The notes under the pieces: generated by a model | What the model was told of the DNA's origin: nothing | What the model saw: only the letters and a program-made list of their open reading frames with translations | Database searches by the model: none | Assembly: GCA_035084275.1 (NCBI GenBank) | Contig: CM068745.1 | Coordinates: 41,106,001-41,170,000 of the forward strand | Direction: 5' to 3' | DNA from: Hydrolagus colliei | Lineage: Eukaryota | DNA: 64,000 bases | Shown: piece by piece, positions 12,690-25,300 of the stretch | Layout: every line of letters begins with the position of its first letter | Position numbering within the stretch: position 1 is the stretch's first letter | Translations under genes and position numbers: made by a program

Positions 12690-13960
12690 AAACTTTTGAA
12701 TGTGTAGTTTGTTCATGATATCTTCCATATTTTTATTCAGTATTGAGCAGATTACCAGAAGAAGATTATTAAAGTGATCATCTGTTAGTTTGGAACTGTA
12801 TTTACTTTTATTGAAATTTATGGTGGAAAAGGTTTAGGCTGATCCGAATCTGCACACATATCAAAGAGCATGGCCATACAGTTAAAATCACTCTTAGGGA
12901 CGAATTTCCCAAAATACTATACATCCTGGTTTACTGGGGAAACTGGAGAGTTCTTTGAATTTGTGATATAGGCCTGAATGATTTATAAGTTCCAAAATTT
13001 CCAACTGCATTTCTGTTGGATAATGTACAACCTCTGCATTTGAAAGAGAGAAAGGGTTGGTGAAATGTGCTATCTTGTCTTTGTCTGCTTTAAAATCTTG
13101 AAAATGTGCATCAAACAAATTAATTAGTGAAGAAATTGAATTCTGATATTTTTCAAAATTTATGATGACATTACTGTCACTTTTTAACTGTTGCAAGTGA
13201 ACAGATTTATCCAGGTTTTCGAGACAAAACAATTCCAAAAAATTTGCCTTGAAAGCTGAAATTAAATTAAACTAGAGTTGGAAAAAGGCAATTCCTTCCT
13301 TGCAAGAGTTCATTGAGGTTGCTAAGATGATCCGTTTTGTCCTTAAGGAGAGCAAGGTCACTGAGACATCTGTCTTGAAGGAGCGTGCAGTCTCCAAGAA
13401 GTTGTTCATTCGCCTCCAAACACATAAGCACTTTTTCTTTTAAATTTAAAAATCTTTCAAGATCCTTCCCAGTTGATGGCCAATGAACATTGCAATGAAG
13501 GGGTTACTCCCCTTCCTCATTTGCCTCTTCAATTTAATTCCCAGTAGTTTATGCAACACACCACAGGATCAAGTGCCAAAGAGAAGTCCAAGTCTTGGCG
13601 CAAATTTATTCCTGATGAATAATACAATGGTACTTGAATAACTTCCAAAAACTTTTCCAAGAAGCAACACAACCATTCCTCTTTCCAGGACTACACCATC
13701 TCATCTACCATTGTTTGAATATGTGCAGCAAACATAACTGATGCTTATGCTTCTAAATAAGTTGATATTCTTCCAAGCTAGTAGTAGAGACATGTTATAG
13801 AATATCTTGACCACAGATGTCATTTCCTCTTTTTTAATAAAACAAAAGACTAAGAGGCTGATTTTTTTTGCCAACAAAATCTGTATGCAGAGCCAACTCA
13901 ACGGGATATTTTTTGTTGGATTCAGCATGTGCTTGCTTAATATGCTGCTCTAAATTAATT
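12690..13960 (-). pseudogene. Decayed hAT transposase, Buster/Charlie/SPIN (GTF2IRD2-like) type
   Basis: Minus strand encodes YHCIIHQE (13609-13632, CxxH motif), LHCNVHW, DLALLKDKTDHLSNLNELLQG, FDAHFQDF..FTNPF..MQLEILEL and an hATC-like NFNKSKYSSKLTDDH. Frameshifted, no TIRs seen. Confidence 0.88.
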
Positions 13961-13964
13961 GTTT

Positions 13965-14092
13965 TAGACACAGTAATATTTTTCACCCACAAATATACAG
14001 TCAATTCACTTTACAGTATATTCTGTGAAGCACTTTGAGATGTCTAGAAGACCTGAACAGCGCTATATCAAATGCAATGATTATTATTTTTA
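13965..14092 (+). mobile_element. SINE 3' fragment
   Basis: TTCACCCACAAATATACAGTCAATTCACTTTACAGTATATTCTGTGAAGCACTTTGAGATGTCTAGAAG. Confidence 0.85.
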
Positions 14093-14182
14093 TTACAGTA
14101 ATTGTAGCACTACAGGCCAAGCACAATGAAATTCTGCCTTGTGTAAACAAGCAGGATGAAACTCTTTATATGATGCCATCAT

Positions 14183-16558
14183 CAATTTTCCTCTTTGCTC
14201 TCGTCCTTTAACCTTTCCCTTCACATTCACACTGCCACCCACATCCACGGCCATCCGCTCGATCAGGTGATCACCCGAGGCCTCAACGTCTCTGGCGTCA
14301 CCATCACCGACAAAGCCATTTCAGACCATTTTTTCATTTCTCTCAACACCTCTATCCCCTCCACCTCCAAACCCACCACCATTTTCTACCGGCCCTGGAA
14401 GAAGATTCACCCACAAACTTTCACCGTTTCCCTCGAAACCTCCGACCTCCTCCCCCTGTGGCACTCTTCCTGTACCGACCCATCCTCTGCCTCCACCACA
14501 CTCCACAACACCCTCTCCACTACCCTCGACACCCTGGCCGCCCTCACCTCTCGAATTGTCTCCCACTCCCAATCATCACCATGGTACACAACTCACCTCC
14601 GCTCCCTCAAGAGCCAAGTGCGAGCAGTTGAACGCACCTGGCTCAAATCTGGCCTCACGGTCCACCGGCAAATCTGGCTGGACCGCACCAAATTTTACGG
14701 CTCTGCCCTAGCCACCGCCAAATCAGCCTTCTACTCCAGGATAATCCTGGAAGCGAAGGACAACCACCGCCTCCTCTTCGCCACCACCAACCAGCTCCTC
14801 CGCCCCCCCTCGCCTCGCTTCGCAAACCCTCTCCTCTAACGCACGTTGTGAGGAGATGCTGGACTTCCTCGAGTCCAAAATCGAGAGAATCCGTTCTGCG
14901 GTTTCCTCCCCCCATCTTTCCTCCACCTCCGCCCTTCCATCCGTTACTCCACCCCCCCACCCACCCTCCTTTTCACACTTTCACCCCCACCTCCCCGTCC
15001 TCAGTCACAAGAACAATCACTTCCATGAAACCCACCACGTGTTCACTGGACCCCATCCCCACCTCCCTCCTCTGCACCCAGCTCCACCTCTTGGCCCCGC
15101 TCATCTCTGACACCATCAACCTCTCCCTTTCCTCTGGCACCGTCCCCACCTCCCTTAAAACAGCCACCATCACTCCTATCCTGAAAAAACCCTCCCTTGA
15201 TGCATCGCAGCTTTCAAGCTACCGCCCCCATCTCCAACCTCCCGTTCCTTTCTAAGGTCCTTAAAAGAGTGGTTGCCTCCCAGCTCCTCGTCCTCTTTGA
15301 CTTGTCTGCTGCGTTCGACACAGTCGATCACACTATCCTCCTCCAACACCTTTCTTCCCACCTCAACCTTCAAGGCACAGTCCTTGACTGATTCCACTCC
15401 TACCTGACCCACCGCCTACATTTCGTATCCTCCAATAGTTTTTCCTCAAACCCCCGTACAGTCTCTCATGGTGTCCCCCAAGGCTCTGTCCTTGGCCCCC
15501 TCCTTTTCACCATATACACGCTCCCTCTGGGCAATGTCATCCGCAAACATGGGGTAAACTTCCACATGTATGCGGACGACACCCAGCTGTACCTCTCCGC
15601 CTCATCCCTCAATCCCCGGACCATCGATGTTCTGACAATATGTTTGTCCGACATCGGGTCCTGGACGAGGGACAATTTCCTCCAATTGAACGTGAGCAAG
15701 ACCGAGGCCCTCCTGATTGGCTCAAGCCAGCGCCTCCGCACATCGGGCGCTGCCAGCATCAACATCCAAGGCTGCACTCTCCACCTCACAAAGCCAGTCA
15801 GGAACCTCAGCATCACGTTCGAACCCAAACTCTCCTTCCTCCCCCACATCCGCGCCATGACTGTCACCGCCTATTTCCACCTGCACAACATTGCCAGGCT
15901 CCGCAACTATCTCACTCCCCACGCTGCCGAAACACTTGTGCACGCATACATCACCTCACGGCTGGACTATGGGAACTCTCTCCTTGTCGGCCTCCCCAGC
16001 TCCTCCATTCACAGGCTGCAGATCATCCAAAACTCTGCAGCCCGTCTACTATCCCGCACCCGCCTCCGCGACCACATAACCCCCATCCTCGCCCGTCACC
16101 ACTGGCTCCCCATCCTCCAGAGGATCAAGTTCAAGATCCTCGTCCTCACCTTCAAGGCCTTACATGGCCTTGCCCCGCCCTATTTTTCCGACCTACTCTC
16201 CCCCTACAAGCCCACCCGGACCCTCCGTTCAGCAGGACCTGGCTTGCTCCAAGCCCCCCGCCCGAACCGCCCCACCATCGGAGGCCGGGCCTGCACTTTT
16301 TCCGTTCCCACCCTTTGGAACTCCATCCCCCAATCACTTCACCACGTTTCCTCTCTTTCCTCTTTCAAGGCCGGTTTCAAGACTTTCCTTTTTGACCGTG
16401 CCTTCTGTTCCCCCCCCTAATTCTTCGACCTCCCCTATGTTTCTTACCCCCTCCCGAATACTCCCCTCCCAGCTCGGGTTACACGCCTCCTGTGCAGCCC
16501 CTTGGGACATCCTCCTGACGTGATAGGCACTCTATAAGTGCAATTTGTTGTTGTTGTT
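14183..16558 (+). mobile_element. L2 LINE, 5'-truncated, ORF2 (end of endonuclease plus RT) frameshifted
   Basis: THIHGHPLD/SDH endonuclease motifs, [48 protein letters not shown]. 3' stem-loop and (TTG)n tail. Confidence 0.97.
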
Positions 16559-17081
16559 TTTCATATTTTCGTTTTGATGTACAGGTCTTACCAAGCGACA
16601 TGTTTCGGGGTAAAATTGCTTGGATCAAGCAATGAAACTTCAATACATTTGTCTCAAATGCTGCAGATGATAGACTAGCAATGATTTTGTTGGTGTTTGC
16701 GGTGAGGGGTTAAGGCACCGGTGTTACATCAGCGTGGGATCCAGTAATTGTTACTGTTATTGGGGTTATTTTTAAAATGTGTTGTTTGCACAACCAAGGG
16801 TATGGCTGCCACCTTGACTACCACTAGTTTAGAGTATGAGCTCAAATTCTGACGAGGATCACAGCCATGGACTTGGAGATGAAAGTGCTACCAGCTGACC
16901 CATAGAACCATTTCTACCTGCTGAATATGATGCACATGATTGATAATATTGCGGAATTTAATACTGGAAAGTCTTAGGCACAGGTTTATGAGCCAATGCT
17001 TAGAGACTCTAGAAATTTTATTGTGATACTACTGGAGGCTAACCAGCTAAAACTTTCAGGTACTATTCCTGTAAATTTAAA

Positions 17082-17421
17082 GTGGAGTCCTGCAGCTTAG
17101 TGGTTAGAGCACTCACTTTGCAAGCGAGAGGACCTCAGTTCTATTTACAGCAGGGTGGAAAGTTGGGCAAGTTTACCTAGCAGTAAGTAGGAACCTATTT
17201 GTTCTTTGATTGGTGGATTGCTTTTGCAGGGATAATAATTCCTTCAAAATAGGTTTTTGATCACTCAATCCACGACTGTTTGTGAGGCACTACTGTGCAC
17301 AATTGTCTGCCGCATTTCACCCACAAAATACAGTTAATTCACTTTACAGTATATTCTTTGAAGCACTTTGAGACATCTGGAAGCACTATATCAAATGCAT
17401 GGGTTATTATTATTCATTATT
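17082..17421 (+). mobile_element. tRNA-derived SINE with internal insertion
   Basis: GTGGAGTCCTGCAGCTTAGTGGTTAGAGC head, family body and (TTA)n tail. Confidence 0.9.
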
Positions 17422-17514
17422 CATGTAATGTCTCTGCTGGTTAGCCTTATCTAGAGAAATCTTGGAAATTTTAGTGTGAAACTGATCTATGAAGGAAGCT
17501 CATAGGCTTGCTCC

Positions 17515-17790
17515 CTGGCCTGTGCTGAATTAGTTGTTTGTGGCATTAGGCGCCTTAGAACTAAATGTAATTTTGCTGTTAATGTCTGCGGTACATAGAA
17601 CATCAGCCAGGGTTCCTTCTCCTGATAGATATCCAGAGAGGACTAAACCCCTTCCCCATTCTTTCCGGAAGGTGTTTGTGTGTATGGATGTCAGGCAGGA
17701 TCAGTCTTGACTCTGTGATGCTCAGCATGCACAAATAGCCTGTCACACTCATTGTCTAGGCTCAAGCATGACCACTTAACATTAGGCACC
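17515..17790 (+). mobile_element. Ancient SINE-like repeat
   Basis: TGTGCTGAATTAG...ATCAGCCAGGGTTCCTTCTCCTGAT...AAATAGCCTGTCACACTCATTGTCTAGGCTCA. Related segments at 20095-20320, 21500-21660 and (minus) 61400-61570. Confidence 0.55.
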
Positions 17791-18016
17791 AGAAGAAGAT
17801 TTTGCATATGGAACTGAACACAAGCACAAGTTATTATCTTCAAACCCTGAATTCCACTGCAGATTATATGATGAAGCATAGCAGTGTCTCACATTGGTGT
17901 AATGTTTGCTATCACTTCAGACAGCAAGTCCTAGGATACACTTGGTACAATGGCTGCAGTATAACTGCACCTGGTGCTTAGTGGTATTTCGCAATTAAAA
18001 TGTTATTGCTTTAGAA

Positions 18017-18320
18017 CACTGGTTCCTAACCTTTTTTGCTGCGACCCAAATTAGACACCAACAGGTCCTCCCAACCCTTAGTGGGGGACAACTGAAGTGA
18101 AGCTCAGCCAAGACGATATCTCAGTCTCTTTTGTCCACTCAGCGCAACTCGTATGTATGGTCTTTCATACAAATTGGTCGGCAGTGTCGCCTCAGGCACT
18201 TTTCAGCATTAAAAAAGCATTTTCAGCGTTAAAAAAAGCAACAACAAAAAACCTTTCGTGACCCAACTGAGGACCCCCGTGACCCTGATTTGGATCGGGA
18301 CCCGAGATTGGGAACCACTG
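18017..18320. mobile_element. hAT/Charlie-type MITE (MER5-like termini)
   Basis: Termini CACTGGTTCCTAA ... TTGGGAACCACTG. Perfect 8-bp TSD CTTTAGAA at 18009-18016 and 18321-18328. Confidence 0.93.
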
Positions 18321-19065
18321 CTTTAGAACCTTTTCATCTAAAGTGAGTGGAAATAGCTAATTATCAAGTCAATATGAATCATTTGACATTTCATTAATAG
18401 TCAGAAACTGTGAAAGAAGAACATCACACATTATATCTAAGCATACATACATGACTTCCCTTTAGTCAACATCCAGGCGAGCAGGCAGTAAAACAATTAC
18501 TGTACATTATACGCCTAGTACAGTAACACAGACCTGATTCACATTTCAGCCCAATTCCCAGTTTAAAACATTAGAATATCACGCAAACTGCGTGTGGGTA
18601 TTACAACAGGAACTCCGAACCATACTGAGATGATGTGCAGTAGAGTCAGATTCAAAATTAAGAATCAAAGAAAAAGATGTTCAAGAAGAAAAATAATTGG
18701 AGGAAACCACTTTAGGTGAAGATTAGCAATGGTATAAATCTGGGGCTCACATCAAAGTAGATTCTAGTAGATGCTATCTTTGCTGGATCGGACATGTCTT
18801 TTATCATGCTACACTTTGAGCTTAGTAATTTTTCACCTTGAAGCCAAATTTGAAACCTGAATAATGATTTCAGCCAAGTAGATTTGCCCTGTATTTAATT
18901 GCAGGCTGTCTTTCTTCGTCCCAATTAAGTGGCTGTAAATACCTCCCCCATGCAAAGTACATATTCTAGTTGGATATCATGTGCCAAAATTCTTTCCACA
19001 TCAGAGCCACCATTTATAATCTGTAGTTAATTTTGTTGATCCATCCTCAGCACTATCTGATATTG

Positions 19066-19446
19066 ATATAGAATGCTGCAGCACAGAAGCAGGCCATTTG
19101 GCCTAATCGTGCCTGTGCCGGTTGTTTAGAAGAGTTGCCCAATCAGTCCCACCTGCCCGCTTTTTCCCCATGTACTTGCAAATTGTTCTTTCTTCAAGGC
19201 CTTGATATTCTTCCTAAAATGCAGTGCCCAGAATTGGACACAATAATTGAGCTGATGCCTAACCAGTGACTTATAAAATGTGTTGCTTGTGTACTCCATA
19301 CCATTATTTATAAAGCAAAGAATCCCAAATATTTTGTAAACAGCTCTATCAACCTGGCCTGCTACCACCAAAGGTCTAGGTATATGAACCACTCCTGAGT
19401 GCCCTTCAAAACTATAATTTAGTGTAGATTGCCTTTCCTCATTTTA
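19066..19446 (-). mobile_element. CR1 3' fragment with internal deletion
   Basis: Minus ORF YKSLVRHQLNYCVQFWALHFRKNIKAL and CR1 3' UTR GGCCATTTGGCC. Confidence 0.88.
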
Positions 19447-19448
19447 GG

Positions 19449-19758
19449 TAATAATAGTAATCCTTGCATTTGATAAGCGCTTTTCACGTTTTCTAGACGT
19501 CTCAAAGCGCTTCACAGAATATACTGTAAAGTGAATTGACTGTATATTTGTGGGTGAAATATGGCAGCCAATTTGTGCACAGCAGTGTCCCACAAACAGT
19601 TGTGAATTGAAGTGACCAATTTTTTAATGGTTTTGTCAGAGAGATTATTATCAGACATGTAGAGTAAGGAAACTTGCCCAAGCTTTTGCCGTGCCTGGAA
19701 TTGAACCCAGGTCTCTCACTTAAAGCGAGTACTCTAACCACTGAGCTACAGGATTCCA
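19449..19758 (-). mobile_element. tRNA-derived SINE, full length
   Basis: Reverse complement of family head (CTAACCACTGAGCTACAGGATTCC), core and tail. Confidence 0.93.
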
Positions 19759-22193
19759 GAGTGTTCACAATGTACTGTAACAAATTGCACCATCCATTTT
19801 CTGAAGGCCCTCTTCCATTTTTTTGAAAACATTTTTATTTTAAATGTGGCAAAAAGGACAATAGATTACTTTATTCTATCAGAAAGGCAAAGATTTCTAG
19901 CATTAACAAAAAAATTCTGATTTATTTCAGTGTGAAGTCACACTATTGCTCATATCTTGTGTATAAAGCATACCTATTTTCATATGTTTCTATGCTGGAA
20001 GACAAGTGTAATAATTTGAAATGTATAATTTCAGCTTCCAATGGGTAAATTGATGAACCAACTGCATCGTTTAAAAATAAGCTGTAGAGACTGGAAAGGT
20101 TCCAGGTTTGATGCAGATCTTTGCTAGAGGAACTGATCTTACTCTTGGCAGTAGTAGTAAGGAAGTTAGAGTTGGCCTCAGAAAACCAACCTGGCGAAGA
20201 TCAACTAGGGCTCCCACACCTGATCACTCAGGTGAACATGATTCACAGATATGATGAGGACAGCGTTGGGTATTAGTTGTGATATCCCCATGGTTAAATA
20301 TGCAGCAATACCCCCAGGGATGAATAGTCTGCCAAAAACTCAGTGTCCATGCATTAAACTGCTTTTGTTTGGATCTTGTTTTATGCATCCACTAATCTGG
20401 AGGAAAAAAATGTCCTAATCCCTATCCCTAATTCCATTTTAGACTTCGTACTTTGAAATCACTGCTCTCCAGTTCTGCTCTCATTAAATCCAAAATAAAT
20501 ACCATCTCCCTTCATCATCATCTAGAGCTATGGATAATGTTTCTCCTCAATCTTCTTTTTCCTATAAAGAACATGTTGACTCTGGGAGTTTTTATCCCTA
20601 TAATAATCTTCTATTCGCTTCTCTGAATCTTCTGCAACGGTGGAGACCCACAATTATGGTAGATTTGAGTGGCAGATGAGATTGCCCCCTGTGAAATAAG
20701 ATAGAAATAGTCATGTTGTGCCTGTGAAATTTGAGACTCAAGGGCAGCCTGGGAATTTACAATCATAGAATTATGATCAAACTACTTTATCAGCTATACT
20801 ACATTTCCAGCGAGGATGTCAACCAAGTATTTACATGTGTTTCACAAATCATTGTGTTGCACTAGGACAATGGGTGTGAGTTTTGAGTTTGTATTGTAAA
20901 ACTTTTATAATATGCAACACCCTCTAATCCAAGAACACTAAAATAAACCACTGGTAGACTGATCAGTGCATTGTGCAGGAAAATTTTCACCATTTATACT
21001 ATTTACAGTATATAACACATTAGACAATCCAAAATATGACAAACTGTTGAGTTCAGTCTTAGCTTTTCTATAGTTCTTAAACTGGCTTAAAAATTATTCC
21101 CCTATTTAAGAATTTGTGACATTTTAAAATGCTCTAAATGCTACAAAACTAGAGTAGTTATGTACCCAGGTGGATTTTCTCTTGTGTGAGTATTGTACAA
21201 TGTTGATAGATTATCTCGGTGTCATTAATTGACTAGTGATCTTGTGATTAATGATGAGTGTACTGGTATGATTATTGTCAGTGCAGAGTGATTTCTCCAA
21301 TATTTTTTCTCATTTCTACCTTATTATAAGTGAAATCACAATAATAATCTTAATTTCTGTTCCTTCAAAGTAAGTAACTAGTAGTAAGTTTACATGTAAG
21401 TAAATGCCAATGTGACACAAGCCCACACAAATTAAAAGGTTGCAGATTTGATTCTAAATTACCTGATGTCAACTGGAATATTAATTTGGATGCCTTACAG
21501 AACCTCCGGATTATAAAGGACACATGAGCCAAGTTTCCCCTTCTGATTGCAGGCCCTGCTGAGAAGTGTGCTGGTAGGCAGGATTGGCTTGGCTTAATGC
21601 TCGCCATAGACTGCTGACAGGTACTGGAAAGGCTTGCATAAAGAATGACCATATGGCCAACGGTCACATGGACAATGGCCAGAGAGCAGCTTGTGTCTAT
21701 GGAATCATACCAGACTGGAAGGAAAATAGTGTCTTAAGCCTTCAGGGTACAGGAATGAATATTGGAGGAGTAAAAAATGGAAACCTTATTTTCAGAGGCA
21801 CAACCTGTGCGTGTTTCAAAATGTTTGCAATTTAAACTCCGTTAAGTGCTGATAACCTCAACAAATGACAGCAGTGTTTTCATGGAGGTTGATGTTCTTG
21901 ACAAAGTGTGTTTCTCCATCCAGATTCTTTACAATTCAAGGACACTTGACATTACAAAATCTTATGTTTGGATTTGATTTGTGTGCAATCTCATCAACTC
22001 TACCCAACTGGTTAAAGAAAATGTTTAGAACAAAATTTGAAAAAGGAAACAAAGATGAAAGCATCCTAACAAGTTTGAATGTTACATTTTAATTTACATT
22101 TGAATGTTACATTTTGGTTACATTTTTCAATGTCTTATTATTATTATTGTTTTCAGTTTTGATTGTTTTATGTTATTGAATTTGTATTAATAT

Positions 22194-22234
22194 TATTTCT
22201 CTTTCTCTCCCTTTCTCTCTCTTCTCACATCCAG
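22194..22234 (+). promoter_or_regulatory. Polypyrimidine tract and 3' splice acceptor of the terminal exon
   Basis: TTTCTCTTTCTCTCCCTTTCTCTCTCTTCTCACATCCAG directly precedes the exon. Confidence 0.88.
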
Positions 22235-22335
22235 GACCAGGTTCCATGCGAGACTCAGGCAATGAATTAACAGGCCTCACCATATCACTGTGGCTGCTAG
22301 TAGCATCTCTAGTCTGTCTAATTTGCAAATGTTAA
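22235..22335 (+). CDS. LSAMP: Terminal coding exon of limbic system-associated membrane protein (IgLON family), GPI-anchor signal
   Basis: Phase-1 exon translates as (R/G)PGSMRDSGNELTGLTISLWLLVASLVCLICKC*, matching the recalled human LSAMP C-terminus [32 protein letters not shown]. Strong acceptor upstream. Confidence 0.88.
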
Positions 22336-25300
22336 TTATATGAAAGCTGGTCACAAGGAAAGAGGAAACTATTGTGTTACAACTTGGTGCGTATCAGCAT
22401 ACAATGAAAAAGTATTGCTAGAAAAGCTTTTAGAATAGAAACAACACAAGTTGAGGGTGTATTAGATTCAAAACGATCAACACTGCTCATGAAGTTCAAA
22501 TATTGTAAAAAAAAAGTTCTCCGCTGTCATTTTTGCTAATGTTTACATCCATACAGATCTAACCCTTTGTTTTAGGTCTGAATTATGACATTTAATCAAC
22601 GCAAAACACAACCCTGTATTTGTTGGTGCCAAGTGCCCCCCCCCCCCCCCCCCCCCCCCATCCATTGTATGAAAATTATCCATTACAGGTGTAGCATTGG
22701 GTTTGACAAATAAAATATTAGTCAATTAACTATTACTTGTATTAATTACTAAGTCACCCACAATATTTAGGCATGGATACTGATGTGCAGTGGACTGGAT
22801 TAAAGGATAATAACTTGATGAACTTGATTGGTTTTCCCAAAGAAGCACTGGACATGAATCCAATATAAGTGGCATTTCCAAATAATGACATGGACTCGAT
22901 TAGTAAAAAATGATGTTAACATTAATACACAACAATTTTCAGTAGATCTGAAGAACTGATTGGAAATTCTGCTCATGAATGGCATAATGTGTATTCTGTA
23001 TATGTTCATCTATTCTGATCACATTAAGGAAAAATCCCCACATTTTTTAGTGGCAGGTGATTGAAAAAGACCAAATTCTGAGATTTTCTTTCCACATTTG
23101 CAAACGTTTGTGCAAATGATAATTTTGGGCAGCAATCCATCCATGGCTCCAATCGATGCTGATACTAAAGGGAAATAAATTGAGCTTCTTCTAACCCTGG
23201 GCTTGCAGGTTCATGCATTCTCTATTGCCTGCAATGGGAACCTCACCACTACAGGAGGCTAGATTCACTCATGAGATATTTAAATTTTGCAAACCAATAC
23301 TCAATAATTATGGATCCTATTGAAAGTGACACTTATTTATGTATTAATGCTTTAATAGTGTTGCACTTGTAACAATTTAGACTTTTGTGAGAACAATTTT
23401 ATAATCCGCATCGCTTTCATTCATGGAAGGATAATCCCAGGAGCCATATTTGTATGGAATTCTAACCAGGAACAAATTCCCCAGAGGAGAGCACTTCTAA
23501 AATCAATTATTGAGCACACAAGAGTTAATTCAAAGTAGTTTCATTGATGTCACATGAGCAGTTTGTCTATGTGAATCTTCTCACCAGTGGGGAAATGTCA
23601 TATTCCATTGGTTGTGAAAAGAAAGATCTTCTCAAACTACAGGTGTCACATTATGCTTTTTTTAAAAAAACAGTGATACTTAATATACCAGATGAAGCCT
23701 CAGTACACACTTGATTTAGCATTTCAAGTAAATAAAGCCCCCTTGCTGTGACTACAACTGGAATGAGTCCATGGCACCAGCTCATTAGGGTGATAATAAA
23801 TGCTTAACTAAAATTGTTTCTCATTTCTGTCAGTATATATATGCCAGTGCCCATGGAGAGATTCACGTACTGTATGTTCATAGTTTTAAACCACACAAGC
23901 TTTCTTTGCGATTTGTGATGCTGTTTACATACAGAAGAGGAAGCCTGGAAGCTGTATGGTAGAAATTTGTCTAATTTTAACAAAAAGCAAAGTAATCATT
24001 TTTTTCAGTTAATAATCACATATTGCCGAATGCTATAGCTTTTTTTTGCATTTCCCTATATAATCAATATTCAGTATTACAGTTGTATAGATGGATCGTT
24101 CTAAGGTTAAAGGTAAAACAAAACATACTTATTCATTGCTGGTGCAAAAGTAACTCTTGGCTGTATTCATAAAAGCACATTCTTTGAGAATAGCTAGGAA
24201 AGAACCAGATTAATTGTGTGAAATAAAATGAATATTGTTGAAAAAATGACCACAGCGACTCTGTATTAACAATATTTGGATTAACAAACCATTCCTTTAA
24301 TGCCATTGTCAAACTAATCATGGAGATAAGACCCAAATAAAAGTTACAGTCTATCGTCAACAACATTGCATTCCCAAAACTATCTTAAATTGGGAGACTG
24401 TTTTAAATCAGTTTATATAAGTAAAACAAACAGAAACAGCTGCTTTTGTCAGTTTTTTTCTCTTTAAAGAACATCCAAATCTGGATAAATATAAATATCA
24501 TATATGGCATAACAGTAAAACAAACATTAAAAAGGTGTGTGGCTCTAATTTAAGTTTTCCAGTTTGATTTGATTCCAATGTATTTCCTGTTTTTAATACT
24601 GTGATAGTTGGTTGAATCTAATATTTTGCAAGTTTGTTGGTTTTGCAATAGGTACCGCATATGAATTTTGTACAGCTTTTATTGAAGATGGGATTAGCAG
24701 AGAACTTCTACAGAAACAACTTTACCACAGCTCTTTTCCTCTTTCCACACCTTCCTCATTTGCTGTTCCCTGGACATTGCTGAGCTAAACGCATCTTCCT
24801 CCAGTCAGGAAGGTGGTACAGTCAGGGCCACAGTGCTTTTTGTGTGGGCACTGTTAGTGCTGCTTGGTGATCGGTTGTTAGGAGATGCGAATTAGGTTAT
24901 TACCATATTGACTCCAGGCTTCAACCTCTCCCACCCATGAATGGCTCATTCCATCTAACAGCCCAACTAAGAACTGACACACCTCCATTCCACGTGAGAG
25001 AAGCAATCTTCATTCTCAAACAATTCTGGGGCAGGGCTTGTGACATAAAGTTTGGGGCGGGAGGAAGGGGTCAGCTGTTGAGCGACTAGACAATCCCAAT
25101 AGTTGACCACAGCTTCAAAATCTATAAACATAATCCCACATCCTAGTGCTGGACTATAATTGTGTAATTAATACAGAAAAGCAGTAATACTAAATGTTTG
25201 TCCCCTGAAAAGTACAGGAATGAATCTTAACAAGTTTCATTATTTCCCGGCCAAAAACATCCTTTCAGTATCCTTAAAACAGCTCCAGAGTTGCCTGGGC

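Noticed and set aside
21331-21369. 39-nt candidate micro-exon (ATAAG acceptor, GTAAGT donor) upstream of the terminal exon
   Set aside because: In the phase-1 frame needed to join the last exon it reads TG AAA TCA CAA TAA (stop), and it resembles no LSAMP insert I recall.
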